Source: Rhynchobatus australiae (Eukaryota). Taken from it: DNA of 64,000 nucleotides. The translations under genes were made by a program, and so were the position numbers. Location of the stretch: assembly GCA_034780895.1 (NCBI GenBank), contig JAUZTB010000001.1, forward strand, positions 135,619,794 to 135,683,793, in the 5' to 3' direction. Positions 40,086-52,235 of the stretch are shown in pieces (the first letter of the stretch is position 1; each line of letters starts with the position of its first letter). The notes under the pieces were generated by a model. The model was not told where the DNA came from. It ran no database searches and saw nothing but the letters and a program-made list of their open reading frames with translations.

Positions 40086-41390
40086 GGCAGCACAATAGCC
40101 ATAAGATCTTCAAGTAGAATTTTCAACCCTAAATGTTAACTGTTCCTTTTTCCAGATACTGCCTGACCTGAATGTGTTTGACATTTTGTTTCCATTTAAG
40201 TATGTGCAGGAGTGGGACAAACTTGAAACTACAAGAAAAATCATGGAAATTCATGGTAGAGGGTGCTACTTGGACCACGTCCATGGGGAGAAAAAGGAAC
40301 TTCTTTATCTTAATTTCACATCCCGGCTCTTAGCCCACAGCCTTTTAAGTTACATTCAAGGTACTTTAAATGTGGTGAGTTTCTGCCTCCACACCACTTT
40401 GGGTGGAAAAAACTCACCTTCAGAAATACTCTCTCATCTTTCCATCAATTAGCTTAGCTATATGCCCCCCACCCCCTCCCCTTACTGGCCTCTGAGGGGA
40501 AAATACACCCTTCCTATTCACTTTGTCCAGGCCACTCAGTGAACTTCCTACTTTGTTTCCTTTGTTTCAAAGTAAACAACGCTTGCCTGGCCATAATCAA
40601 TGATAATCCCCACCCACGTCCCTATAAGATATCTTCATTAGTCACATTATTTCACAGTGTTTCGAATGCACCTCTTTTGTGTAGTGTGTTCTGGGGGTAG
40701 CCCGTGNNNNNNNNNNNNNNNNNNNNNNNNNNNNNNNNNNNNNNNNNNNNNNNNNNNNNNNNNNNNNNNNNNNNNNNNNNNNNNNNNNNNNNNNNNNNNN
40801 NNNNNNNNNNNNNNNNNNNNNNNNNNNNNNNNNNNNNNNNNNNNNNNNNNNNNNNNNNNNNNNNNNNNNNNNNNNNNNNNNNNNNNNNNNNNNNNNNNNN
40901 NNNNNNNNNNNNNNNNNNNNNNNNNNNNNNNNNNNNNNNNNNNNNNNNNNNNNNNNNNNNNNNNNNNNNNNNNNNNNNNNNNNNNNNNNNNNNNNNNNNN
41001 NNNNNNNNNNNNNNNNNNNNNNNNNNNNNNNNNNNNNNNNATTACTTATGACAATAGCTGTAGAAAACTGATCAAAGTTTCTCATATGAATGTTCATGTA
41101 TGCACAGGTGCAATGAAAAACTGACTTGTAGCAGCACAGCCACATAGCATTATATAACCATTGATCCACAGCTGATGTCCTTGTGCTTTTTCCGGGTAAG
41201 AGGATGAAAGTTTAAAAACAAATCAAGGCTCGACTTTGTTTACAGTCAAACTGTCTACATCAATTACCCAGACTGACATTGTTTAGCAAGATATCAGGTC
41301 TCCATTTTCTGTGTTATAATACTACAATACAAACTGCAGTCTTCGGAGGAGGAAGTTAGGGTGAAGGCAGAGTTAGGGAAGTTTTACTTA

Positions 41391-41570
<180 letters not shown>

Positions 41571-42354
41571 TCATCTACAATGTGCTCTATCACAGCCTTT
41601 TTGGGATAAACTTTAAACAGGTACAATGAGGCTGAACATGTGAAGTGCTGGTTTCTTCCAAAAGTTATGCATGAGATTGACTTGGTGTAATTTTCAATAG
41701 AGCAGCAAAAATAGAATACAGTTTTACACTGGACAACAGAGGCTTCAATTCAAGCATTACAGACTACAAAGATTGAAGGACTTCATGTATGGTACAGATA
41801 TATGGATTTAAAATTATTCTCCAGATTCCCAAAAAGCAAAATACAGGAAACTTTGCTGCTGGAATGCACTTATCAGACATGAATAGATCACATATGTCAC
41901 GCCTTCAAGCTCTCTCTAAACTACCAATGAGTATGGTACAAAAAATGATTCAACTTCCCTATTAAACTGCACGAAACAAAATTACATGGGTACTGTGCAC
42001 ACCCGTGGGAATTTACCCATATTTTTGTCACTCTGGAACAAAGTTTTGGTTTGAACTTTGTCTATCTAGAATTTCTAGAAAACACAAACACTCCAATTTC
42101 ACTAAATAGCCACTCCCGTTATTTGGGACTTTTACAGCACAAAAATTTGTTCGGTAAAACAAAGCTCGCTGACTAAATCAATCTATTTATCTGGCACAGC
42201 ATTGCCCATTCTTGTGGGCCTGCACCCATATCCCTAGCATCCAAGGAGATGCAATTTCTGCTTCCATCATTGAATTCCTGAAGAGCATTCCTCAGGCTGT
42301 CATCCAGAACCTCTTGCATTTAATCTCATCTTATGTCCCTGGAAAAAGTTTTTA

Positions 42355-43147
42355 TACAGAGAGATGAAGCATTGAAACAGGCCCTTTGGCCCATTAAATC
42401 TGCACTGACCACCAACCGTCTATTTACACTAATCCTTTTTATTCTCCTCACATTCTCATCAACTCCATCCAGATTCTACTGCTCACCTACACTAGCGGTG
42501 ATGTTCAGTGGCTAACCTACTAACTTGCATCTCTTTGGGATGTGGGAGGAAACTAGAGCACAAGTGCAATACAGGTAGACAAGGTGATGACATTGGCATA
42601 TGCATGATTGTCTTCATCAGGTAGGTCTGATAAGGGTCTAGGACAGTTTTCCCTGGAGTGAAGGGGTCCAAGGAGTGACCATATAGCGTTTTATAAAATC
42701 ATGATGGGCATAGATGAGGTGGATGGTCACAATCTTTATGCCCCAGGGTAGGGGAATCTAGAGGGCACAGCTTTAGGTGAGAGGGGAAAGATTTAAAGAT
42801 GACCTGGTAGGCAAGTTTTTCCCACAAAGAGGGTGGTGGGTATATAGAACAAGCTGCCAAAAGTGGTAGCAGGTATACAATATTTGAAGAGACATTTGGG
42901 CAGGTTCATGGATAGGAAAGGTTGACTGATATGGGCCAAATGCAGGCAAATGGGAGTAGTTCAGGAAGGCACCTTGGTCACCGTGGACAAGTTGGGCTGA
43001 AGGACCTGTTTCCATGATGTATAACTACGACATCCAGAGGAAACCCACAGAGGGAGAATGTACAAACTCCAGAGACAGTACTAGAGGTCAGGATTGAGCC
43101 TAGGTCTCTTGCTGCCTCACAGTACCAGTCTATTAGCAGTGCCACTG
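42355..43147 (-). mobile_element. HE1/V-SINE-type SINE split by a CR1 insertion
   Basis: The SINE breaks at ...gggaggaaactagagcac (42561) and resumes at catccagaggaaacccac...ggagaatgtacaaactcc...gaggtcaggattgagcc (43031 onward). Confidence 0.8.
42562..43030 (+). mobile_element. CR1 LINE 3' portion nested in the SINE
   Basis: tttataaaatcatgatgggcatagat...tttaggtgagaggggaaagatttaaa...gggctgaaggacctgtttccatgatgtataact. Confidence 0.85.
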
Positions 43148-43519
43148 AACTGTTTATTCAAAAGTCTCAGAAAATGCTTACATTTGCTCATGTAGGACCA
43201 TAATGACATTTCAATTTATTATGAACAGCAGCGATTGAAATAACAGCACAACAGAAATACCAACCAAAAAGTGGTAAAAATCTACCCCTCTATTGGAGTG
43301 CATTGTCATACAGATTTGCATTTAAATTACCAAGAGTCAAAGCTGGGAACCACAGTCAGAAAACTTTGTAGTTTATGCTTTTTTCCAATAATTTCTTATC
43401 ACTCTTCCTATGTGACCACAATATTTAGACTGCAAATAATTGTTTGTTGCCATCTCCATTCTTTACTTACTATTTAAATATTCAAAGATACCAGGTAGAT
43501 AGAACTTCAAGTGTTACAT

Positions 43520-43845
43520 GTGTAGTGGTAAAATTTACTAGATTAGCAGTCAGAATTCTGGACCAATGACCCAAGGGCACAAGTCTGAATTCCACTATAG
43601 CAGCTGAAAAGTTTAAAGATCTGAATTACAAGTGCTGGTCTCAGTAACTGTAACCATGTCATTAGATCATTGAAAAAACTATTTGGTTTACCAAAGTCCT
43701 TCAGGGAAGGTGTCACCCTTACTTGATTTGGTCTACGAAACTCAGACCCACCAGTGTTAGACTTAACTGCTTCTTAACTAACCAGTTCATGGGCAAACAG
43801 GAGTGGGTGACGCCAACAATGTCCACATGCCGAGGACAAATAAAC
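43520..43845 (+). mobile_element. Old tRNA-derived SINE sharing its 3' tail with the LINE at 5385-5972
   Basis: gtagtggtaa...caagtctgaattccac (A/B-box-like), gtccttcagggaagg, tail gggcaaacaggagtgggtgacgccaacaatgtccacatgcc...aataaa. Confidence 0.6.
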
Positions 43846-44103
43846 TTTCCCTTCCACCCCACACACAAGTAGCCAGCTATTTGAACTCAGCATGCTTTAT
43901 ACAAGTCACCATAAGGTTTCATTAGGCAGCTGAATGATGTGTGAAGAATCTCCTGTTTTTACAAACAGTATTTATCAAGATATATCCGAAATGCCTTTTC
44001 ACTCATTGTATAATTAACCACGTCACTAGATATGCTTAACGAGTTGTTACTTATCTTAAAACCATGTTAAAAGCTGGGTGGATTTGTGGAAATTGTGACT
44101 CAC

Positions 44104-44252
44104 CAATCTCTTGACGCGTGCTACAAATACCAACTCCGTACTGGATGGTTGCTTTGGTTGCTGCATCAGCACAGAAGCCATGGCGTTCAGCAAAGCCCAA
44201 GTAATTGTATGAACCCATGTTGAGGACATCTTTGATGATTGTGCCAGTAAAC
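44104..44252 (-). CDS. SPTLC2: SPTLC2 exon 4 equivalent, 149 nt
   Basis: attaatag|G TTT ACT... translates [49 protein letters not shown](G), containing the [10 protein letters not shown] motif of the alpha-oxoamine synthase family; donor G|gtgagt. Confidence 0.96.
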
Positions 44253-44374
44253 CTATTAATAAATGTGCATTTATTACACTAAGAATATCTAGCGAAGCTA
44301 CATTTTTTTAAAAAGTCAATTACTTTCAGCACAAAACTATCAAAATTGGCACTTACTGAGAGATTGTACAAACG

Positions 44375-44422
44375 AGACAAGTAACATTATTCCACCTTTC
44401 AAGACAAGTAACATTATTCCAC
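44375..44422 (+). repeat. Tandem duplication, 21-bp perfect unit with period 27
   Basis: agacaagtaacattattccac at 44375-44395 and 44402-44422. Confidence 0.95.
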
Positions 44423-44721
44423 ATTTTTTTTTCAGTAATTTTGAATATCAATTTATGAAATTTAAATTTTATCAATGGTTAATGTTTAACACTGATCTTG
44501 TGTTTCTGGGTCCAAAGATAAATCAAAAGCAGCATTTACATAATATCTTTAATGTGGTAAAACAACACAAGGTGCTTTTGCAAGAGTACCTATTAAACCT
44601 GACAATCACAAGTTTGAAGCAGTAATTTAAAGGAGGAAGCAGTCGCACATTTTAAATAAGGAATTCCAGAGCTTGGGCCAGGTCAGTTGATAGTCCGGCC
44701 ATCAATAGCAGAGCAATAAAA

Positions 44722-44764
44722 ATTCAGTGTTGCAGTAGCATATTCAGTGTTGCAGTAGCATATT
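44722..44764 (+). repeat. Perfect 20-bp tandem duplication
   Basis: attcagtgttgcagtagcat x2. Confidence 0.95.
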
Positions 44765-45369
44765 GGTTATGTTTGTGAACTCTTAACTCGAGGCACAAGC
44801 TTAATTCCATCACAGCAGATGAGGAATTTAAATTAATGGATTAAGTAAATCACAAAAGCCAATCCCAATAATAATGAAAAGGACTGTAATGAGTACATCA
44901 AATTTATCCTGATTACTTGATGGGGGATTCCAGAGATATGATAGACTTAACTATCCATGGAATGTCATAACAAGTCACTCAGTTGCACCAAAACCACCTT
45001 AAGCCATTAGGGCAAAACCAGTTAAAGCATCTCAGCATTACCAGATTCACACCTAGCAAAGGCACACCATGCTCAAACTTTCAAAATCATCCTATACAGT
45101 AACTGTTTTGGGGACTGAAACTAAAATTGAAATTCACTGACTTCATTGACCNNNNNNNNNNNNNNNNNNNNNNNNNNNNNNNNNNNNNNNNNNNNNNNNN
45201 NNNNNNNNNNNNNNNNNNNNNNNNNNNNNNNNNNNNNNNNNNNNNNNNNNNAACAGGAGAGATGACGGCCTGGTGGTTTCTAGACTAGCAGCAGCTGCCC
45301 TGGGTATCAAAGCTAATCCAGATCCCTAGAGTCTCAGGTACCGTGCAAAAACCTACTGCCAATCATGCA

Positions 45370-46060
45370 TTACACACAGAAAACCGGAGGAACTCAGCAG
45401 GTCAAGCAGTATCTATGGAGAGGAAAACAGATCGACGTTTTGGGTCGAGACCCTTCATCAGGACTGGAAGAGGGCAGAAGCCAGAATAAGGTGGTCAGGG
45501 GAGGAGTACATGCAGGCAGGTGAATGGAGTGTCCAGGTGAGATGGGGAAATAGGAGGGGGCGGTGGGGGAAAGAGAGAGAGAAGCTGAGAGGTGATGGGT
45601 AGAAGAGGCAGAGGGCTGGAGGAGGAACCTGGTAGGAGAGGGCAGTGGACCATGGAATAAAGGGAAGGTGGGAATAGATGGGCACGTCATAAGGGCCAGG
45701 GGAAAGGGAAAGAGAAGGGGACCACAGGAATGAGGGAAGACAAAGGAGGAAGGGGGGGGGGGCGAAGAGAAGAAGGGGAGGAGTTACAATTTATAGAAGT
45801 TGATGTTAAGGCTGTCAGGCTGGAGACTACCAGGGCAAAATATGAGGTGTTGTTCCTCCAACCTATGGCTGGCCTCAAAGTGGCAGTAGAGGCAGCCATG
45901 GACAGACATGTCAGGATGGGAGTGGGATGTGGAATTGAAGTGGAGGGCCACCGGGAGATCCTTACTTTCGTGACAGACGGAAGAAAGGTGCTCGATGAAG
46001 CGGTCACCCGATCTGTGTTGGGTCTCACTTATGTAGAGGAGGCTGTACCAGATGTTCCCC
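45370..46060 (-). mobile_element. Penelope-like element 3' arm: GIY-YIG endonuclease remnant, pyrimidine-rich 3' region, hammerhead motif
   Basis: ORF 45784..46095 gives SLLYISETQHRSGDRFIEHLSSV...LPVALHFNSTSHSH..MSV...RLEEQHLIF..GSLQPDSLNINF, typical of the Penelope GIY-YIG C-terminus. Confidence 0.9.
45428..45466 (-). ncRNA. Minimal type I hammerhead ribozyme motif (Penelope-associated), probably inactivated (G12 to A)
   Basis: Minus strand CAGTC-CTGATGA-A-GGGTC-TC-GACCC-AAAA-CG-TC-GA(T)CTG: stem I, CUGAUGA core, perfect stem II, palindromic ACGU in place of stem III, and a GUC cleavage triplet. GAAA is mutated to AAAA. Confidence 0.75.
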
Positions 46061-46074
46061 AGTAGAATCAATGC

Positions 46075-46732
46075 TGCCCTCACCCACATCTCCATTTCCC
46101 CACACGTCTGACATCACCCCACCCTCTCAACAGAACAGGGTTTCCCTTGTCCTCAGCTACAACCCTCCGCATCCAACACATCACTCTCTGCAACCTCTAA
46201 CAAGATCCCACCACTAGGCTCATCTTCCCCCTCTCTCCCCCCACTCCCTCTGCTTTCCGTAGGGATCGCTCTCTCCCTTGTCCCTCTCCACAAATGACGC
46301 TCCCGGCACATCCCTGGAACTACTCTAAGTGCTGCACCTGCCCCCCTACACCTCCTTCCTCACCACCACTCAGGGCCCTAGACACTCCTTCCAGGTGAGG
46401 CAGCACTTCAAGGGTGTCATTTATTACATCAGTGCAGCCTCCTCTACATAGGGGTGAGACCTGACACCGACTGGGTGACCACTTCGTCGAGCACCTTCAT
46501 TCCGTCTGCCACAAAAGCAAGGATCTTCCAGTGGCCATCAATTCCACACCCCACTCCCATACCAACATGTCTATCCCTGGCCACCTCTACTTCCATGTTG
46601 AGGCCAGACATAGGTTGAAGGAACAACACCTCATATTCCATCTTGGGAGTCTCCAACCTGATGGCCTCAACATTGATTTCTCCAACTTCCAGTCACCCCT
46701 CCCCTCTTCTCCCCCACTTTTTCCTCCTTTGT
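46075..46732 (+). mobile_element. Penelope-like element, inverted relative to the previous arm (RT-EN linker plus GIY-YIG)
   Basis: Frameshifted RV.LVLSYNP / QDPTTRLIFP / AFRRDRSL linker motifs, then NSTPHSHTNMSI...RHRLKEQHLIFHLGSLQPDGLNIDFSNF (ORF 46531+). Confidence 0.9.
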
Positions 46733-47404
46733 NNNNNNNNNNNNNNNNNNNNNNNNNNNNNNNNNNNNNNNNNNNNNNNNNNNNNNNNNNNNNNNNNNNN
46801 NNNNNNNNNNNNNNNNNNNNNNNNNNNNNNNNTAACTTCAGCACTGGCCGTTCCCGTCAACGTGTAAACATAATGATGTACCGCACTGGGCTGGGTTTTC
46901 AGGGAGTGGTTCTTCCAAGGAAATATTGCTCCCAGACGTATTACCTACCACCGGGCAGGAGGTACAGAAACCTGAAGTCCCACACCACCAGGTTCAGGAA
47001 CAGTTACTTCCCTTCAACCCACACAGAATGCTGAAGGAGCTCAGCAGGTTAGGCAGCATCTATGCAGGGAAATAAACATTCCCACAATAATTCAGTTGTT
47101 TGGGGATTTTGAAGACTTGGTATTAAAATGGGGGAGTTTCACCAACAGTAGTGTGAAGTATTAAAGTCACAGAACTGACTTTGAATTCTGATCAGTATTG
47201 TGACCTCCAGCTTGAATATTTCCTCATGGAACAATAAACAAGTAATTAATCCAGAACAGCAACCATTTATTTTGGAGATATAATGTGGAATATGGCACAG
47301 CTATGATCCGGAATGGACTGCCCAACTTCTGGTGGAAGCTGATTCAACAGGAAGTTTCAGAACAGAATTAGACATTGCTTGAAAATTAAGAATGACAACC
47401 TGCA

Positions 47405-47785
47405 GGGCTCTGGGTCTTCTCCTCCCACCCTCTCTTCTTTATCTCTCCTTTATTTTCCCTCATTCCTGTGGCCCCCTTCCCCGCGCTTATGACCTCCGCA
47501 CCCCCCTTTATTCCATGGTCCACTGCCGATTCCTCCTCCTCCAGCCCTTTGCCTCTTCTACCTATCACCTCTCAGCTTCTTAGTTCTCCCCCCTCCCCCA
47601 CCCTCCTACCTTCCCCCTCTCAGCTGGACTCACCTATCACCTGCATGTACTCTTCCCCTTTTTATTCTGGCTTCTGCTCTCCCTTTCTAGTCCTGATGAA
47701 GGATCTCTACCTGAAATATCAAATGTTTATTTCTCTCCATAGATGCTGCCTGACCTGCTGAGTTCCTCCAGCATTTTGTGTTGCT
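47405..47785 (+). mobile_element. Penelope-like element 3' region with a decayed hammerhead core
   Basis: Homologous in inverted orientation to 45370-45720: tttattccatggtccactg...tagtcctgatgaaggatctctacctgaaatatc...atagatgctgcctgacctgctgagttcctccagcattttgtg. Confidence 0.85.
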
Positions 47786-49394
47786 GGAATTCTCTTGTGC
47801 CAAGCATGCATGCATTCCAAAATTTGCAACCCTCTACATAATGAAGTTTCTTCACATTTCAGTTATAAATGGCAGATCCTTCACTGTCTGCCCACCATCC
47901 CACCACCCGAGAGGTAAATGGGGGTGTGATGGAAAGCTTTTTTTAAACCCAGAGAATAGCTAAGATCTAGAATGTGCTCCTTACAAGGATGTTGGAAGCA
48001 AATCAGCACTTTCAAAATAAAAACATATACAATTGAGAGAAAACAATTTATAGGGCTCTATGGATAGAAAATGGGACTGATGGGATTGCTCCACTGCTGG
48101 CTAACAGAGGCTCAATGGGGTCGATGACCCTTTGTGTTGTAACAATTCTAGAGCAAAATTTATCTTGGTCATGGAGTTGGGCAAGAGACAGGAAGCACTA
48201 GTTACACTGGCTAATTCAAGGAACTATATCTATACCCAAATTCTTTACCTGCTTTTACTTCTGTGCATTTCTGTCTTTATACACTGAAGAGTTCCAGGGT
48301 TGTAGTAGAATCTTCACACCACTCATGAATTTCATACCATTCAGTTTAAATTAAAACTAATCTGGAATATCTATTCCATTCATTTGTCTTGTTCCCATTC
48401 CCAAACACTTTTTGACAAAAGTCAATGCTTTGAACATTTTAATTGTCCAAACACTTCAGGGAACCAGTGCCAAATTTTCACTACCACTTTTGTGGAAAGT
48501 ATCTTCCTGGCTAAATCACCAAACTCCAATTTCAAGATAATGTTCCCTTCTTCTGGACTTCCCACAAAGTGAGGCAGTTCGTCTGTGTCCATTTTAAACA
48601 GTCCTATTTGATCACCGCAGGATTAATCTTGCCATTGTTGACACCCCTGCAAAGCCAAAGGTTCCAACTGGAACGTTCTGTTCCAGAAGATGAGAGATCT
48701 AAGTGAGAACTCTGTTTCTATTGCCATCCACAGGAAAATGTTTGCTGAGAAAATGGCCTAATTGAACACACTGATCAAATACAAAACCCTCCTTTTACCT
48801 AGCTTTAATCACTCTTCCCGATCTTTGGTTTGGAACTCTACTGATTTCCCCGTGTGCCTCTAGAGGGCAGGTGATATGTTTCCTACATTAAACAAATAGA
48901 GATAGTCATCTACAAGTAGATTTCTATAGTATTTTTTTTAAATTATATAAATGCAGGAATAAGTTTTACTTCCTCTTCAATCTTTGGTTCATAACCAAAG
49001 CAGGTCACATCTTAGATGGTAACAGTATGTATTTTTCTTCCCATTTCCATCATACCCTCACCACAACCCAGAGGGTTTGTTGCTTTTGATAAGTTATCAT
49101 GTGCAAACTGAAATTGGAGATCTATTATGACCAGATCTTGAAAACAAAGGCAAGCACTGAAGCATCAGAATTATCCATGCTTACCCCCATTAAGGTGAAA
49201 AACATTAAATGGGTGGAGATAAAGAAGTGGAATGCATTTCCATGTCATTGCTGTTGGCCTTAAGCACCATCATATTGCATTCTTAAGTGTCTACCTGCTT
49301 CTCAAAGATTATAGGACCCCACCTTCACAACCTTCATCTGTGTCAATTCATCATTTCTAAAGCAAATTAGTCAAATGTGGGGCGAGTGACTCAC

Positions 49395-49549
49395 TTGAAT
49401 GTCCAGTTATAGTCATAGGAGACCCTCTCCATTACATCAAACTTTGCTCCAGGGACACTGCAGATGGGCCGGTTCCAGCTGTCTCGAATTCTCATGTACA
49501 GATTTCTGGTGTAGAAATTTTCAAAGTCTTGATACAAAGGTACAAAGTC
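49395..49549 (-). CDS. SPTLC2: SPTLC2 exon 3 equivalent, 155 nt (absent from the ORF track)
   Basis: ttcctctgtag|GAC TTT GTA CCT... translates [51 protein letters not shown](K); donor AA|gtgagt; phase 0 in, phase 2 out. Confidence 0.96.
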
Positions 49550-50319
49550 CTACAGAGGAAGGATTTCAAATTATTTCAAGGGCAACTCTTTCACTGTTTT
49601 ACAGATCAGAATTAAGGGTGCCAAAAATCACTTTCTTACAAATTAAAATATTTCACTTAAATGCAGTTATAAGTTAAACTAAGCTCCAGTTGGTAAAATT
49701 GATCGTGTTTACTTGGCAGTTATTGAACAAGTACACACAAGAGGAATCTTGACAAACAAGGTTTTGCACAATGACTTGGAAATTGAGCATTAACTAGATT
49801 CAAACCACTTCATTCTTTTCTGAAGACTCAAGGTCGAAATATTCTGCTGTCCTATGCAGTTGTGTTATCTATCCTCAAATGGAAAGGAATCTAGAATCAC
49901 TGTCCATCACATTACCAAAATCATACAAAAGATCCAATTTTATTTACTTGATATTGTGTGAATAATCACATTTAAAAATTAGTTTAGGAAGAAACACTTG
50001 CACCTCAATTGATTGGTAGTCATATGATAGCAACTGTTTCAACAGATTTCTATCCTGGTGGAATCTCATTTTTCTATTAAAACTTTCAAGTCTATCACAT
50101 CAAACAGCAACTAATGAGCCTGCCCACCAAGAAATTATGAAGCCAGCATCCAATACTTGAATGGATTCTAAAGCATACATTCCATTTTCAGCACTGCACT
50201 GTTTGCCCATGTTGATACTTGGTCAAGATAGCTTCAAAGTCACTAATGAGAAATATTCCCAATATTCCCTCCATTAAAAAAAACCTAAAGTGTTTCCCCC
50301 ACATTTGGAAAGTAGAAAC

Positions 50320-50900
50320 ATTGTAAATGGGAGCAGAAGCAGGCCATTTGTCCCCTCAAGTCTGCCAGACATTCAATATCCCAGCTGATCCTCAATCCTA
50401 CAGCTCTGCTCTCCCAAATGTCCATGATGCCGTATGAATCATTTATGTACCTTAAATGTATTCAACCACCAGACCTCTGCCTTCTGTGGTTTCACAGGTT
50501 CATTGTCTTCGGAGTGAAGAAATCTATTTTTGCTTCGGCCTATATGTCTTATCCTACACCCAGAGGCTGACCTCTCATTCCAGATCCCTCAGCCAGGGAA
50601 AACAGGTCTCCATGTCTAGTCTTAAATCCCTTTGGAATTTTGTACATTTCAAGGATAACCCTTCATTCTTCTGAACTCTGAACACANNNNNNNNNNNNNN
50701 NNNNNNNNNNNNNNNNNNNNNNNNNNNNNNNNNNNNNNNNNNNNNNNNGCTTATGACATCCTTCCTATACCTGGGCAACCAGAACTGCAAGTGTGGTCTC
50801 ACCGAAGCCTACTATACCAAGACGACTTCCTTGTTCCTGTGGTCAAAACCTCTCGCAAAGGCAGTCAAGACACAATGTGTCTTCTTAACTGCTTAAGGCC
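50320..50900 (-). mobile_element. CR1 LINE 3' portion, degenerate
   Basis: ORF remnants RPHLQFWLPRYRKDV and FQRDLRLDMETCFPWLRDLE; tail gggagcagaagcaggccatttgtcccctcaagtctg on the + strand. Confidence 0.75.
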
Positions 50901-52079
50901 CAATGTGCAAATGTAATAGTTTTTGAACAACCAAGAGGTAATCAACGATTGCTTTCTAGGGTCTTAAGTAACAATGCTGTGTCTCCAGAATACCAAACTA
51001 GACTGAGTCACTTTCATTACACAATGTATATAAAATAGAGAAAAACTCCCTTATTCTTTTGTGTATTGCCAAAACACAGACATTTTTCTGTAATGTGGAA
51101 AAACCACAGCTATTTTAAGCATATGTCAGTAAGAGTGGGCAAGTTACTTGATCATTTTCTGACATCCAATATTGATCAGGAATGAGCTCTAATCCCAGCT
51201 GGGGATCTTAGATTCAAGAATTAAATTAAAAATAAGTGACCTTTACATGACCAAAATGCCATAAAAATCCTCTCCTTCAAAGAAACTTGCCATTCTAGCC
51301 TAGCAGAATTTGAAATACCACTGTGTAATCAGTTTGGCTTCAAACCTACTGAATAAATTGAAACAGGTGTTAAAATGATAAGTATGCCCAATTAAATTCA
51401 CAGACTAAGTTAGCACCCCGATGTGGAGCATCCATGCAGAGTTATGACAAAGAGGCACCTTCTATTCCAAGATTGTACTCAGATGAGATGATTCAGCAAC
51501 AGGAGGACAAAATGACCACACAGATTTTTTATTTTGAAACTAGCAAAACAAGATATTCAATTAGTCTAAATGACAGTAGGCCACCCAAAAGTATTTGGAT
51601 CAGGAATACCATTGCCAATTTTGATCAGTCGATTGCCCCCATTAGACCTGTAATATTTTGGTTTTCACAAGGTCTTCATGCCCAAGCCCCCTCAGCAGAC
51701 TGCAACATGCATCAAGTAGTGGCTCCAATTTATTTTAGAGTGGTAATGGGAGGACACAGTTGGAACAAAAAGACTGCCTTCAACCACAGCTTGATAGGAA
51801 ATTGGGACTAGCTGGGTGGACCATGTGGTCAGTATGGACTGGTTGGGCTGAAGGGCCTGTATTGCTGTGCTATATTGCTGTTTGACTGATTAACAGTACA
51901 AAAATTCAAAAAAGATCAACTAGCCCATTGTTCCTTCAGATCCCACAATAGCATCTCAAGGACAGAAATAACTAGGGATAATCAAATCATAATGCAAGGA
52001 TTTGAAAGGCTAATATGCTGGGCATGGTAGCTCCTGCGTCCCGGACTTAGTTCAGTATACAGTATAAAGGAGCCAGCAT

Positions 52080-52235
52080 CATGAACCAGAGAATACTTAA
52101 CATTTCAGGTCAAAGACCAAGATCAGCTGAGAAGTTAACTGTTTTCTCTCTCTTCACAGATGCTGCCTGACCTGCTGAATATCTCCAGCATTGTTTTTCT
52201 TTCAGATTTCCAGCATCTGCAACATTGCTCTTTTG
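52080..52235 (+). mobile_element. Penelope-terminus short element (partial palindrome)
   Basis: ttaacatttcaggtcaaagacc...gttaactgttttctctctcttcacagatgctgcctgacctgctgaatatctccagcattg...ttcagatttccagcatctgca. Similar single arms at ~14713-14765, 25030-25098, 38530-38625, 40125-40190, 47021-47078 and 58275-58350. Confidence 0.75.
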
